Positions 1 to 18,642 of a stretch of 64,000 bases of DNA are shown here, one piece after another. This stretch comes from Macrostomum lignano. Taxonomy: Eukaryota. Below the pieces are notes generated by a model. The model saw only the letters and a program-made list of their open reading frames with translations. It did not search any database and was not told the DNA's origin. Position numbers and translations under genes: made by a program. Where the stretch lies: the NCBI GenBank assembly GCA_002269645.1, contig NIVC01002179.1, positions 124,001-188,000 on the forward strand. Direction: 5' to 3'. How positions within the stretch are numbered: the stretch's first letter is position 1; each line of letters begins with the position of its first letter.

Positions 1-790
1 CCTGTCTCTACCTCTCCCCTCCTGTCTCTACCTCTCCCCTCCTGTCTCTACCTCTCCCCTCCTGTCTCTAACTCTCCCCTCCTGTCTCTACCTCTCCCCT
101 CCTGTCTCTACCTCTCCCCTCCTGTCTCTACCTCTCCCCTCCTGTCTCTACCTCTCCCCTCCTGTCTCTACCTCTCCCCTCCTGTCTCTACCTCTCCCCT
201 CCTGTCTCTACCTCTCCCCTCCTGTCTCTACCTCTCCCCTCCTGTCTCTACCTCTCCCCTCCTGTCTCTACCTCTCCCCTCCTGTCTCTACCTCTCCCCT
301 CCTGTCTCTACCTCTCCCCTCCTGTCTCTACCTCTCCCCTCCTGTCTCTACCTCTCCCCTCCTGTCTCTACCTCTCCCCTCCTGTCTCTACCTCTCCCCT
401 CCTGTCTCTACCTCTCCCCTCCTGCCTCTACCTCTCCCCTCCTGTCTCTACCTCTCCCCTCCTGTCTCTACCTCTCCCCTCCTGCCTCTACCTCTCCCCT
501 CCTGTCTCTACCTCTCCCCTCCTGTCTCTACCTCTCCCCTCCTGTCTCTACCTCTCCCCTCCTGTCTCTACCTCTCCCCTCCTGCCTCTACCTCTCCCCT
601 CCTGTCTCTACCTCTCCCCTCCTGCCTCTACCTCTCCCCTCCTGTCTCTACCTCTCCCCTCCTGTCTCTACCTCTCCCCTCCTGTCTCTACCTCTCCCCT
701 CCTGTCTCTAACTCTCCCCTCCTGTCTCTAACTCTCCCCTCCTTTCTCTACCTCTCCTTTCATCTCTCCACCTCTCACCTCCTCTCTCTA
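1..790. repeat. 20-bp minisatellite (CCTGTCTCTACCTCTCCCCT)n, truncated by the window start
   Basis: About 38 near-perfect units read directly; decays into CT-rich low complexity near 780-920. Confidence 0.97.
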
Positions 791-1496
791 CCTCTCTGCT
801 TTTCTCTCTCTTTCTCTTCCGCTCTCTTTCTCTCCTTCTTTCTCTATCTCTCCCTTAATCGTCTACCTCTCTCCTTCTTTCCACTATCTACCTCTCTCTT
901 TCTCTCCACTATCTACCTCTCCAGTTCTCATAGACTTTTTAAGCTAGAGTTAGGAATTAATGGATCGTCAAACACCAAAGAACACCTGATTGTAGGCTAA
1001 AGCTAGGTTATAGTCATAGCTAGTGACAGGCACTACTAATAGTAAGCACAAACGAAAACTGCCGAACTGAAGCGCGAATTTTTTTTCGAACGCCTTTAAA
1101 GTTCTTCATAGAAAAATAATTTCAAAAATTGAGTTTAGAAATAAGCTAAAAGAAAAATGCATAGTTAGAGACTTTAAATTAATGATGTAGTCAACGCCTC
1201 GTATAATGCTTTATGAAAAAAGCCTGATTTGACAGTTACGAGTATTTCAGAATTATTTTACATGAATATGCTGTTTATTAATCTGTTTTTTTAATTAAAA
1301 CTCTATAGCCTGTTAATTTTGCTACTTTTATTTTTGATAGTAGTATATGACGGCTTAAATCACTATTTTAGAAGCTCACAGTACAACTTGCGAGTAAAAA
1401 TACCATACAGCGTTTGTACTCTGTAACTTTCCGTCATTTCTAGAAATAGTATTAAGATTAGAAATAGTAGGTACATTTCAATTATTTTTAGAGTTT

Positions 1497-2118
1497 GGGA
1501 TTTGGGGCAACATTTGGATTCTGAAAGTTTGGGATTCGGGAAGTTTAGGATTTGGGAAGTTTGGGATTTGGGAAGTTTGGGAAGCTTGGGATTTGGGAAG
1601 TTTGGGAAGTTTGGGAAGCTTGGGAAGTTTGGGATTTGGAAATTTTATGGATTTGGGAAGTTTGGGACTTGGGAAGCTTGGGATTTGGGAATTTTGGGAC
1701 TTGGGAAGTTTGGGATTTGGGAAGTTTAGGATTCGGGAAGTTTATGGATTTGGGACTTTGTGGATTCGGGAAGTTTGGGATTGGGGAAGTTTGGGATTCG
1801 AAAAGTTTGGGATTTGGAAATTTTAAGACTTGGAATTTTATGGATTTGGTAAGTTTAGGATTCGGGAAGTTTATGGATTTGGGACTTTGTGGATTTGGGA
1901 AGTTTGGGATTTGGTAAGTTTAGGATTCGGGAAGTTTATGGATTTGGGACTTTGTGGATTTGGGAAGTTTGGGATTTGGGAAGTTTGGGATTCGGGAAGT
2001 TTATGGATTTGGGACTTTGTGGATTTGGGAAGTTTGGGATTTGGGAAGTTTGGGATTCGGGAAGTTTGGGATTTGGGAAGCTTGGGATTTGGGAAGTTTG
2101 GCATTTGGGAATCTATTG
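1497..2118 (+). repeat. Degenerate G-triplet satellite built from TTTGGGA/TTTGGGAAG units
   Basis: Repeated TTTGGGA-type motifs with GGG every 7-10 bp. The ORFs called here are repeat artefacts. Confidence 0.9.
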
Positions 2119-2689
2119 GAACGGAAAAGCCATAAAACTGACTGCATCTCTCAACTCAAAGCAGCAACTCAATCGGTAATACAAACAAAAACTAGCTAAT
2201 GATTTACCATACTATTGAATCCTCCACCCATAGCAACAGCGCGAAAGCAAACAGATGGCAGTGCTCAGCGCAGGCCCTGGCAGGCAAAAGCGCCTCCTCC
2301 CTTCCCCACAGCGCCCACGCGCCTTGGCTCATTTATCGGCTTCATCAATGCTCCTCCAGCAGCTCTCAAAAGAGTCTACGGTAGGGGGTAGGGGCTGCAC
2401 ACCCAATTGAAGCCAACCGCTCAGGCAGGTTGAAGAGCTGGAGTGGCCCGCCTACCGCTAAGGCTGGTGAGACTATACTCCATGCAGTCAGCTATAATAG
2501 GAGGAGAAGGCAGATTAGGAAAAAAAGCCGACTATTTTTCTATTCCTTTTTTGAGACAATGAGCTGACTAAAATAGACGAAAATATTACAATAAAATAGA
2601 GGAATTAACGGAAATAGCCGGCTACTTAAGGATAAAAACTGCATGGGAGAAGCTATTCGACTGGCGTTCGAGAGAATATGCGGCTAAGA

Positions 2690-3340
2690 ATAGAGAGAAG
2701 ACAGGAAAGAGAAGAGAGGAGAGAAGAGATAGGAGACAGGAGAGAGGGAGAGAAGATAGGAGAGAAAAATGAAAGGAAGGAGGAGAGGAGAGAGGAGAGG
2801 AGAGAGGAAAGAGGAGAGTGGAAGAGAGAGGAGAGAGAATAGAGAAGATAAGAGAGAAGAGAGGAGAGTAGAGAGAAGAGGAGATGAGAAAAGAGGAGAG
2901 GAGAAGAGGAGAGAAGGAGGAGAGGAGAAGAGGAGAGAAGAGAGGAGAGGGGAGAAGCGAGGAGAGAAGAGAGGAGAGGAGAGAGGAGAGGAGAGGAAAT
3001 AGGAGAGAGGAGAGAGGAGAGAGGAGAGGAGAGAGAAGAGAGAAGAGAGGAGAGGAGAGAGAGAGAGAGAAGATAAGAGAGAAGAGAGGAGAGAGAGAGG
3101 AGAGGAGAGAGAGAGAGAGGAGAGAGAAGAGAGGAGAGGAGAGGAGATAGGAGAGAAGAGGAAATAGGAGAGGAGAGAGGAGAGAAGAGGAAATAGGAGA
3201 GGAGAGAGGAGAGAGGAGAGAGAGGAGAAGAGAGGAGAGAGGAGAGAGGAGAGGAGAAGAGAGAGGAGAGAGGAGAGAGGAGAGAGGAGAGAGGAGAGAG
3301 GACAGAGAGAATGAGAGGAGATAGGAGTGGAGGGGGTGAA
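2690..3340. repeat. Polypurine (GAGAG)n-like low-complexity tract
   Basis: Almost pure A/G on the plus strand. Confidence 0.9.
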
Positions 3341-3919
3341 GCAATCCAGGCAGGAACAGAGCTATCTGCATAACCTATTAGACAAAGGCAAGGTGTGACA
3401 GGCACACGGCAAGGCTACAAGCAGGTGTGAGATTAAGGACCATAGCAAGAAGAAAATTGCGCATAGCCAGACTGGAGAGCGAGAGGAAACAGCCGCCGGC
3501 ACACGGCTTGCACACAAACCGTACCTGTCAGTCATCCAATCTAAATAATTCTATTTGTCAAAATTTCCAGCTCATTATTTTCCAATTTCAATGAAGCGCA
3601 CAAACAGCTAGAAATGAACTTGAAGAAGTTCAGGATTTTCAACTCATCGGCAGCAATTCTCAGGCGCCATGCACGCCAGCACCTCGTGTTCAATTCTCAC
3701 CGGGTGGTCTCTTCTCCATCTCTCTCCCCCCTCCAAAGAGTGCTCATGCAAGAGCCAAACAGAATTAAGTGCTAAAACTAGCTGTCCAACCACTTATGCA
3801 GTGTCTATAAATTTTGTGCAGAATTGCCAGACAGCCAGACAGGGCTATAGATAGCTAACGGTTCTTGTTTACGAAGAGTCTTCTTGTGCAAAAGAAGAAA
3901 ACAACAGAAAACAACAGCA

Positions 3920-5577
3920 ATGGCAACAGCTGCTGTGGATCTTGAACTGTCACGGCTGTCCAAGTCGCAGTTTAGTAGGAAAGATTTTGTCACTCCGGCG
4001 ACAGGGAAACGACGCCTGCAGACTGAGACTGCTGGGTGAGCTGATGGGAACAGATCGGCTGAATAGAGATTGAAATATCCGCCTATGCTAAAAATGAGCT
4101 GTTTCTTTTTGCGACTAAAATTAAGACGTGAATTAACATTGATTTGACTTTAAGAATGACTATTGTGTGACAATTGAGAGTGACAATTGAGTGACAAATG
4201 AGAGTGACAAATGAGAGTGACAAATGAGAGTGACAAATGAGAGTGATAAATGAGAGTGACAAATGAGAGTGAAAAATGAGATTGACAGATGAGAGTGACA
4301 AATGAGAGTGAAAATTGAGTGACAATGAGAGTGACAATTGAGAGTGACAAATGAGAGTGACAAATGAGAATGACAATTGAGAGAGACAAACGGGATTGAC
4401 AATAAAGAGTGACAAATGAGATTGACAATTGAGAGTGACAAATAAGAGTGAAAAATGAGATTGACAGATGAGAGTGACAAATGAGAGTGAAAATTGAGTG
4501 ACAATGAGAGTGACAATTGAGAGTGACAAATGAGAGTGAAAAATGTGATTGACAAATGAGAATGACAAATGAGAGTGAAAAATGAGATTGACAGATGAGA
4601 GTGACAAATGAGAGTGAAAATTAAGTGACAATGAGAGTGACAATTGAGAGTGACAAATGAGAGTGACAAATGAGAATGACAATTGAGAGAGACAAACGGG
4701 ATTGACAATAAAGAGTGACAAATGAGATTGACAATTGAGAGTGACAAATGAGATTGACAATTGAGAGTGACAAATGAGATTGACAATTGAAAGTGACAAA
4801 TGAGTGACAATTAAGAGTGACAATGAGAGTGCCGATTAAGAGTGACAAACCGAGTGACAACTGAGAGAGACAATGAGAATGATAAACGGGAGTGACAATA
4901 AAGAGTGACAAATGGGAATGACAAATGAGAGTGACAATGACAGTGACAATTGAGGGTGACAGTTAAGAGTGACAAATGAGTGACATAGAGATTGACATTC
5001 CGATAAAAATTCAGGCTAAAACTAAAACAGCAATTTGGAATAATTTTTTTCTTTAAAAAAACTTTCCAGACATCCAAGAGCAGTCAACTATCAGCATTCA
5101 ATAAGTGCACCGAAACAGCACCAGCAGCAGCAACAGCAACAGCAGCCGATTCGAACCTACAGTCTGCAACGCTGGCTTCTGGGCCACCAGCATCCTGCAC
5201 CCATCGGAAGCTCCATCCTGACAGCGCGAAAAACGACAACCTCAAAGACAACAGCAGCAGGCAGTTCGACAATCACCAGGACCCGATCCCTGGCCACCAT
5301 CCCGACAGTCGTGCAGCCTGCAAGATTGCATCAGCGTAATCAGAAACGTCGAGCTAGAGCTCCAGCTGCTGGATCTAACAAGGAGCCGCTGCCCTGCTTG
5401 GAGCAGTTCCTGGCCCGCAGCCTCACTCAGGTGATGCAGAACCGTCCATCGTCTGGTTGGTCTGCGGAGCGGCACGCCTACGCTGTGGAGAAGGTCACCT
5501 GCTGGCTGCCGGAGGTGGGCAAAGCTCGATGCCTGGACGATTTGTTGGCCAGTCAGCAGCTGGGGAGCGACTGCTGA
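3920..5577 (+). CDS. Putative spliced gene of unknown function (about 207 aa, Q/T-rich); may have further upstream exons
   Basis: Exon 3920-4035 (MATAAVDLELSRLSK...ETAG, donor GG|gtgag) joins in phase to exon 5070-5577 (acceptor tttccag|A; open frame to TGA, ending LEQFLARSLTQVM...AVEKVTCWLPEV...SDC). The intron holds a 13-bp array. No family recognised. Confidence 0.4.
4165..4985. repeat. 13-bp minisatellite (GAGAGTGACAAAT)n
   Basis: Tandem units with variants and an internal block duplication of about 300 bp. Confidence 0.92.
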
Positions 5578-5667
5578 GACCGATGGACTCCTGCAGTGAC
5601 GTGCTGAGCTCATTTTTAGTAATTGATCAATTAGAGACGTTGTGTGCTATAGTTGCTTCAAGTAACC

Positions 5668-6615
5668 CCTCTGATTCTTCAGTGGTCACCGCTACCCCTC
5701 CCTGATCCTTCAGTGGGTGCAGCTATTCCCTCCCTGATTTCTTCAGTGGTCACCGCTACCCCTCCCTGATCCTTCAGTGGATGCAGCTATTCCCTCCCTG
5801 ATTTCTTCAGTGGTCACCGCTACCCCTCCCTGATCCTTCAGTGGTCCCCGCTGCCCCTCCCTGATCCTTCAGTGGTCACCGCTATTCACTCCCTGATCCT
5901 TCAATGGGTCACTGCTACCCCTCCCTGATTCTTCAGTGGGTCACCGCTATTCCCTCCCTGATCCTTCAGTGGGTCACCGCTATCCCCTCCCTGATTCTTC
6001 AATGGGTCACCGCTATCCCCTCCCTGATTCTTCAATGGGTCACCGCTACCCCTCCCTGATTCTTCAGTGGGTCACCGCTATTCCCTCCCTGATCCTTCAG
6101 TGGGTCACCGCTATCCCCTCCCTGATTCTTCAATGGGTCACCGCTATCCCCTCCCTGATTTCTTCAGTGGTCACCGCTATCCCCTCCCTGATTTCTTCAG
6201 TGGTCACCGCTATTCCCTCCCTGATCCTTCAGTGGGTCACCGCTATCCCCTCCCTGATTCTTCAATGGGTCACCGCTATCCCCTCCCTGATTCTTCAATG
6301 GGTCACCGCTATCCCCTCCCTGATTCTTCAATGGGTCACCGCTACCCCCTCCCTGATTCTTCAGTGGTCACCGCTACCCCTTCCTGATCCTTCAGTGGGT
6401 CACCGCTACCCCCTCCCTGATTCTTCAGTGGTCACCGCTATCCCCTCCCTGATTCTTCAGTGGTCACCGCTACCCCCTCCCTGATTCTTCAGTGGGTCAC
6501 CGCTACCCCCCTCCCTGATCCTTCAGTGGGTCACCGCTACCCCCTCCCTGATTCTTCAGTGGGTCTGTGCAGCTATCCCCTCCCTGATCCTTCAGTGGGT
6601 GCAGCTATTCCCTCC
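5668..6615. repeat. About 30-bp minisatellite (CTTCAGTGGGTCACCGCTATCCCCTCCCTGAT)
   Basis: About 30 tandem units of 29-32 bp. Confidence 0.93.
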
Positions 6616-7039
6616 CTGCCCCCCCCGTTTACAAGTGTGAGTTTTCAATTTAAACTTTTTGTTTAACGATGAGTTTCTCAGAAATTTCTCAGAGAAATGA
6701 ATTTATTTTTTCTTCAGATTTCCTATAAAAACGTTTTTGTCACGCTTTTACAAGTAATAACGCAATGTTGTTTTACTGTACTGAAAGTAAGCTTGTAGAC
6801 AAATTAATTTTCTAATTCACTTAATTCACCTGTACACATACTATTGAGTAATAAACTATGATTTGCAAATTTTATCAAATTTATTGATAAAAAAATAGTT
6901 CAAGTTTTGATATACGAGTAATAGTATGTGCGAGCTCATCTACTACATTTTAACAAGTTAACGGAAACTATATGCATAACTGAATATTTTTTGCAGAAAA
7001 CGCGAGAAAATTCAACCTGTGGAGTGAAATTCCACAGAA

Positions 7040-8124
<1,085 letters not shown>

Positions 8125-8399
8125 GAATTTAGTATAGGAGGATACATAAATTTCTTTATTGAAGTGTTTTTCCGATGAAAAATGAAACATATTGTAGAAA
8201 TAATTAAATATTACCAGTTTTTTAGAGGCTTAATTTTTGTTTTAAGATCAGCAGTCATAGTAAAACTCAGATTTTGCCAATTTTCAGCACGTTAGAGCAG
8301 AATTGTTTATGTATAAAGCGCCACGATGCGTTGTTCATGCAATACTCGTAAAGCTACGAGCCATCTGAGACTTAGCTTAGAAAACTACGCAGTAAGTAG

Positions 8400-9905
8400 T
8401 CACAGAATAGTGTACAAGTGTAGACTTCTATCATTCCGATCTGCCACACAAAGCAGCAGCCCTTCTTCTGTGTCACTGGGCAGCACAGACAGACTGTGCG
8501 GACCTGCCAGGCCAGGGCCGGATTCTCCCTCACCGTCGAGGGTCTCCAGAATCGCCCCGTCACTGGCCAGAACTCTGACAGCGGCCTCCTTGTAATCGCA
8601 GACGAGAGTGAGGCCATAGTTCTGCGCAACAGCCACGTCTGAAGGGTAGTTGAAGGCTCGCACACCGGACCTGGCGGTCGGATAAGACGACCTGAGGTAT
8701 CCACTGATAGTGCTAATCTTGTGTACCTGGCCTTTGCCAAAATCTGTTAGCAATATTGTGGTATCTTGTACGGCTAGGCTTTCCAGGACCCTGCAACGTG
8801 TTTCATAGAATGACTCAAGGCCGATGACAGTCTGCAGCTCGCCACGCTTGCTGTCCAATCCGTAGATTCTTCTGTTTTGCTGATCCAGGAAGTAAACTTT
8901 GTCTCCGGTTCCGCATGGGCCACACAAGTAGCCTAAAGGATGCCCCAAACTGTCTTGGTCGATCACTCGTACAACACAACCGCTCAGGTCTGTCACAGAG
9001 ATCGTACGCTGCTGCGCAACGTACAGCAGTTGCTGGTTACAGTCGCAGTAAAGTCCGCTAACAAACATTGACCAATCGATTTTGCTGAAACACTTCAACC
9101 TAGTTTTACCATCAGGTGAGAACACAAACAAGTGATCTGCTTTTGGAAATTCAGCCGACACAAATATGCACAGTCTAGGCAGCGGCGCGGTGCTTGAGCT
9201 GCGGGAATCAGCCTTCACCACGCGACCAGATGAGTCGGAGGCGAAGCCAGCGGTGTTGGTGCATGACGTCACCCATACGGGATTGCCTTCGAGGTTGTCA
9301 ATTTTGCGTACAAAAGTGCAAAGAGATTTTGGTTTGACGCAAGAGGACTCGCACAGCTTCATAACGTCCCCGAACTGCCTGTCGATGCTCAGCTGCAGGT
9401 CTCTCAGAGCTCCGCAAACGTCGCCCAGCTCTAATCGTCCTTCAGCCACCGCGTCCTCGAGATCACTGCACTGCAGCTCCATGCGAGAGGACAGCTCAAA
9501 TACGCCTCGAAGGTCGCTGGCGCTCTCCCCCGCTGCTATCGAGCTGTCGAACTCCTGCAGCACTGCAAAGTCGCTCAGCTTCTGCCTTGCTGCGTCAGTT
9601 CTGGCAGTGAGTCGACTCGTCACAGCTTCCTTGTGCTTCATCAGCGACTCAATAGCGGCATTAAGCAGATCCTCAGCCACCTGCAGCTCCGCTTCCAACA
9701 CCTGCACGTCCGTTCGCAGACAGTCGCGGACGAGCCTCAGAGGTTGCAGCCTGGCCTGAACTCTGGCGTGAAGTTCGCGCACTCTGTCGGAGTCTCGGTC
9801 CAGGTGTCTCTGGCACAGAGGCTGCAATGTCTGAGCTCCGGTGCCAGCAGCCGCTGCTTTGCAGGTGCCCATGGAGCAGATGCGGGATTGAACGGCCTCG
9901 GTCAT
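8400..9905 (-). CDS. RING-less TRIM/NHL-like protein, 501 aa, intronless (degenerate B-box-like Cys/His motif, coiled coil, C-terminal NHL/beta-propeller repeats)
   Basis: N-terminal C-x4-C...LCQRH; heptad-rich helical segment (aa about 40-175); NHL-like motifs FNYPSDVAV, LVCDYKEAAVRVL, LAGPHSLSV, LCVADRNDRSLHLY. Confidence 0.75.
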   Translation of the reverse strand: MTEAVQSRICSMGTCKAAAAGTGAQTLQPLCQRHLDRDSDRVRELHARVQARLQPLRLVRDCLRTDVQVLEAELQVAEDLLNAAIESLMKHKEAVTSRLTARTDAARQKLSDFAVLQEFDSSIAAGESASDLRGVFELSSRMELQCSDLEDAVAEGRLELGDVCGALRDLQLSIDRQFGDVMKLCESSCVKPKSLCTFVRKIDNLEGNPVWVTSCTNTAGFASDSSGRVVKADSRSSSTAPLPRLCIFVSAEFPKADHLFVFSPDGKTRLKCFSKIDWSMFVSGLYCDCNQQLLYVAQQRTISVTDLSGCVVRVIDQDSLGHPLGYLCGPCGTGDKVYFLDQQNRRIYGLDSKRGELQTVIGLESFYETRCRVLESLAVQDTTILLTDFGKGQVHKISTISGYLRSSYPTARSGVRAFNYPSDVAVAQNYGLTLVCDYKEAAVRVLASDGAILETLDGEGESGPGLAGPHSLSVLPSDTEEGLLLCVADRNDRSLHLYTIL

Positions 9906-10183
9906 GACTGGCAGAGGCTTGAAAAGATGAGAAAGATGCAGTGATTGATCAATGTGCTCACTAAAAGCTCAATAATATTATACAGCTACATGTATAGGGA
10001 AAAAGACCAAGTTGTAGACGATAAAAACAAGAACATAAACATTTATAGAGTAACAGAAGCACTTTTTATTTAAGATGCAATGCAAAATGCAAGTGGCTTA
10101 TTAGAATAATGCATTTATCCAGCCAAAACATTAAAATAGGATAATATCAATGAAGCAATGTGTTGGATCCAGAGCGAGAGTTT

Positions 10184-11101
10184 CTACATGACTTTGCAAG
10201 CTGACCCAGTGGTCAATCGAAAGATGCTGACAGATCGTCCGTGGTATTGGCAAACAGCCAGAAGCTCGGAATTGCCTTCAACGATGGCTAAGCCTCGCGG
10301 ATTGTTTAGCTTGTTTTCTGCTGAGCCAGCCTCACCCTCGACTCCGACAGTCTGCAGCACAGTGCCGTCACTTCGCATCACACGAACCACATGCCTTGAG
10401 CTCTCGCTGACGAACAGCAGACATGAGCGATGAGCCGCCACTCCTGCAGGCTCTTGAAGCTTGTCAAGCCGACTTCTCTGGGTCGGGTGGGTCGAGATCA
10501 GCTGACCACTGGCGATGCACACTTTGTAGAGCTTGCTGGCTGGCCAGTCAGTGATCAGCACTGCATTGTCAACTACCGACATGTACTTCAGATAAGTGCC
10601 GATGCACAGCAGCTTTTGATCTCTGTGAGACTTGCTCAGTATAATTATTTTTCCTGAGCCGCAAGTCATTCCGCAGTAGTCCACAGACGGTCCGAGACTG
10701 CAGGATTTGATCTCCCGCGTCACAATGCCGCCAAGATCTGTCACCGTGAGCGACTGGAAGCTCAAAATGTACAGAGCCTGGCGTTTGCTGTCACAACTGA
10801 TTCCCGAGATGGATTTGGAAAAGTCTAAATTGCCTTGTACTTTTAGCTTCACCCAGCCGTCGGTGGAACAGGCCAGAAGGTAATCTAGTTTGGAATTCGG
10901 AGAAAACACGATGAACAGACACGGCTCAGGAAGCTGCTACGCCTCATCAACTGCGGACTCAATCTTCACCACTTTGCCAGACGCGTCGGCGTAAAATCCC
11001 TTGGTGTTGCTGCACGATGCAATGAAAAATGGCTGTCCTGGTAGGTTGTTAATTTCGTTAAGGAACTGGCACACCTGACCAGAAGAGCCATGGCGCTGCA
11101 T
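10184..11101 (-). pseudogene. NHL-domain-only paralogue of the adjacent gene, interrupted by one in-frame TAG (10937-10939)
   Basis: ATG at 11101 gives MQRHGSSGQVCQFLNEINNLPGQPFFIASCSNTKGFYADASGKVVK, which aligns to LCTFVRKIDNLEGNPVWVTSCTNTAGFASDSSGRVVK of 8400-9905. After the TAG the same frame continues for 250 codons with NHL motifs LQEPAGVAA and LNNPRGLAI. Confidence 0.7.
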
Positions 11102-11333
11102 TCTAAATGGTCATCGACTGTGGAGTCACCAGCTCAACGGTTGAGCGTTAAATCTACGTGACGATTCCGCTGAAATTTTTGCGGTTTTTTCTTAGAACGT
11201 CATGTGCTGTTTGTTATAAGCTACAGATTTGACTTTGCTGACCCAGGAAGGCGCACTTTTGAATGAGTTTCTTTGATTACTAAACCAGTTTCTTATGCAC
11301 TTTTTAGCTACCAATTTTATAACGGAAGCCGAG

Positions 11334-11395
11334 CAGGGGTCGGCAAACTCCGGTCACATGCGGCTCGCGAAGCCTCTCTATCCGGCCCTCGGGGT
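11334..11395 (+). mobile_element. Solitary hAT-like transposon terminus (CAGGGGTCGGCAAACT...CGGCCC)
   Basis: Matches a common animal hAT TIR pattern. No partner TIR was found in the window. Confidence 0.45.
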
Positions 11396-12021
11396 CCTTT
11401 GAAACTTTGCAATAGCAATCCCGACCGAGCAAGGTCTATATCTCTTCTCAGCTCCCGTCCTTTTCTGGCCCTGGCCCATGGGTAAAAATTTTTTTCGACC
11501 CGTCCATAAAAGAGACGGAATAAAATAAGCGTTTTAAAAGAAATTTAAAATCTTCGTGTCAATTAACCTGACAAAGATGCTCTTTGTTTAGATGTGTTAT
11601 TAACAAAATACTAAGTCAGTGAGTAATGTTTCGCAGGATAATATATCTGAGAACTAGCTCATGAGAAGAGGACGGTAAAATAGAGCTACAGTGTCTAACA
11701 TGAGTAAACTGGCATAAGCAGCAATCCTAAAATACTTTCATGTCACAGAAGCTGACAAAGATCACAAAGTTTTAAATTTGAAATAATAACAAAAATTTCG
11801 CTGGAGGTGTAATCAGGGAGACAGGAAGTTTCCACGGAAAGTGAGCTTGTGCATGAGTGTGTGATGCATGTGATGGCATGGGCAGGATGTACGATGTTTC
11901 TCGTTTAGAAACAGGGAAACTTCCTATCTTGATAATACATTTTTGCAGCAACCTTGGCTACATTTGTAACTGTCTAGGCGCCAACACAGTTTTCTCCTTC
12001 TGCAAAAGGCGCATGCGGAAA

Positions 12022-18642
<6,621 letters not shown>

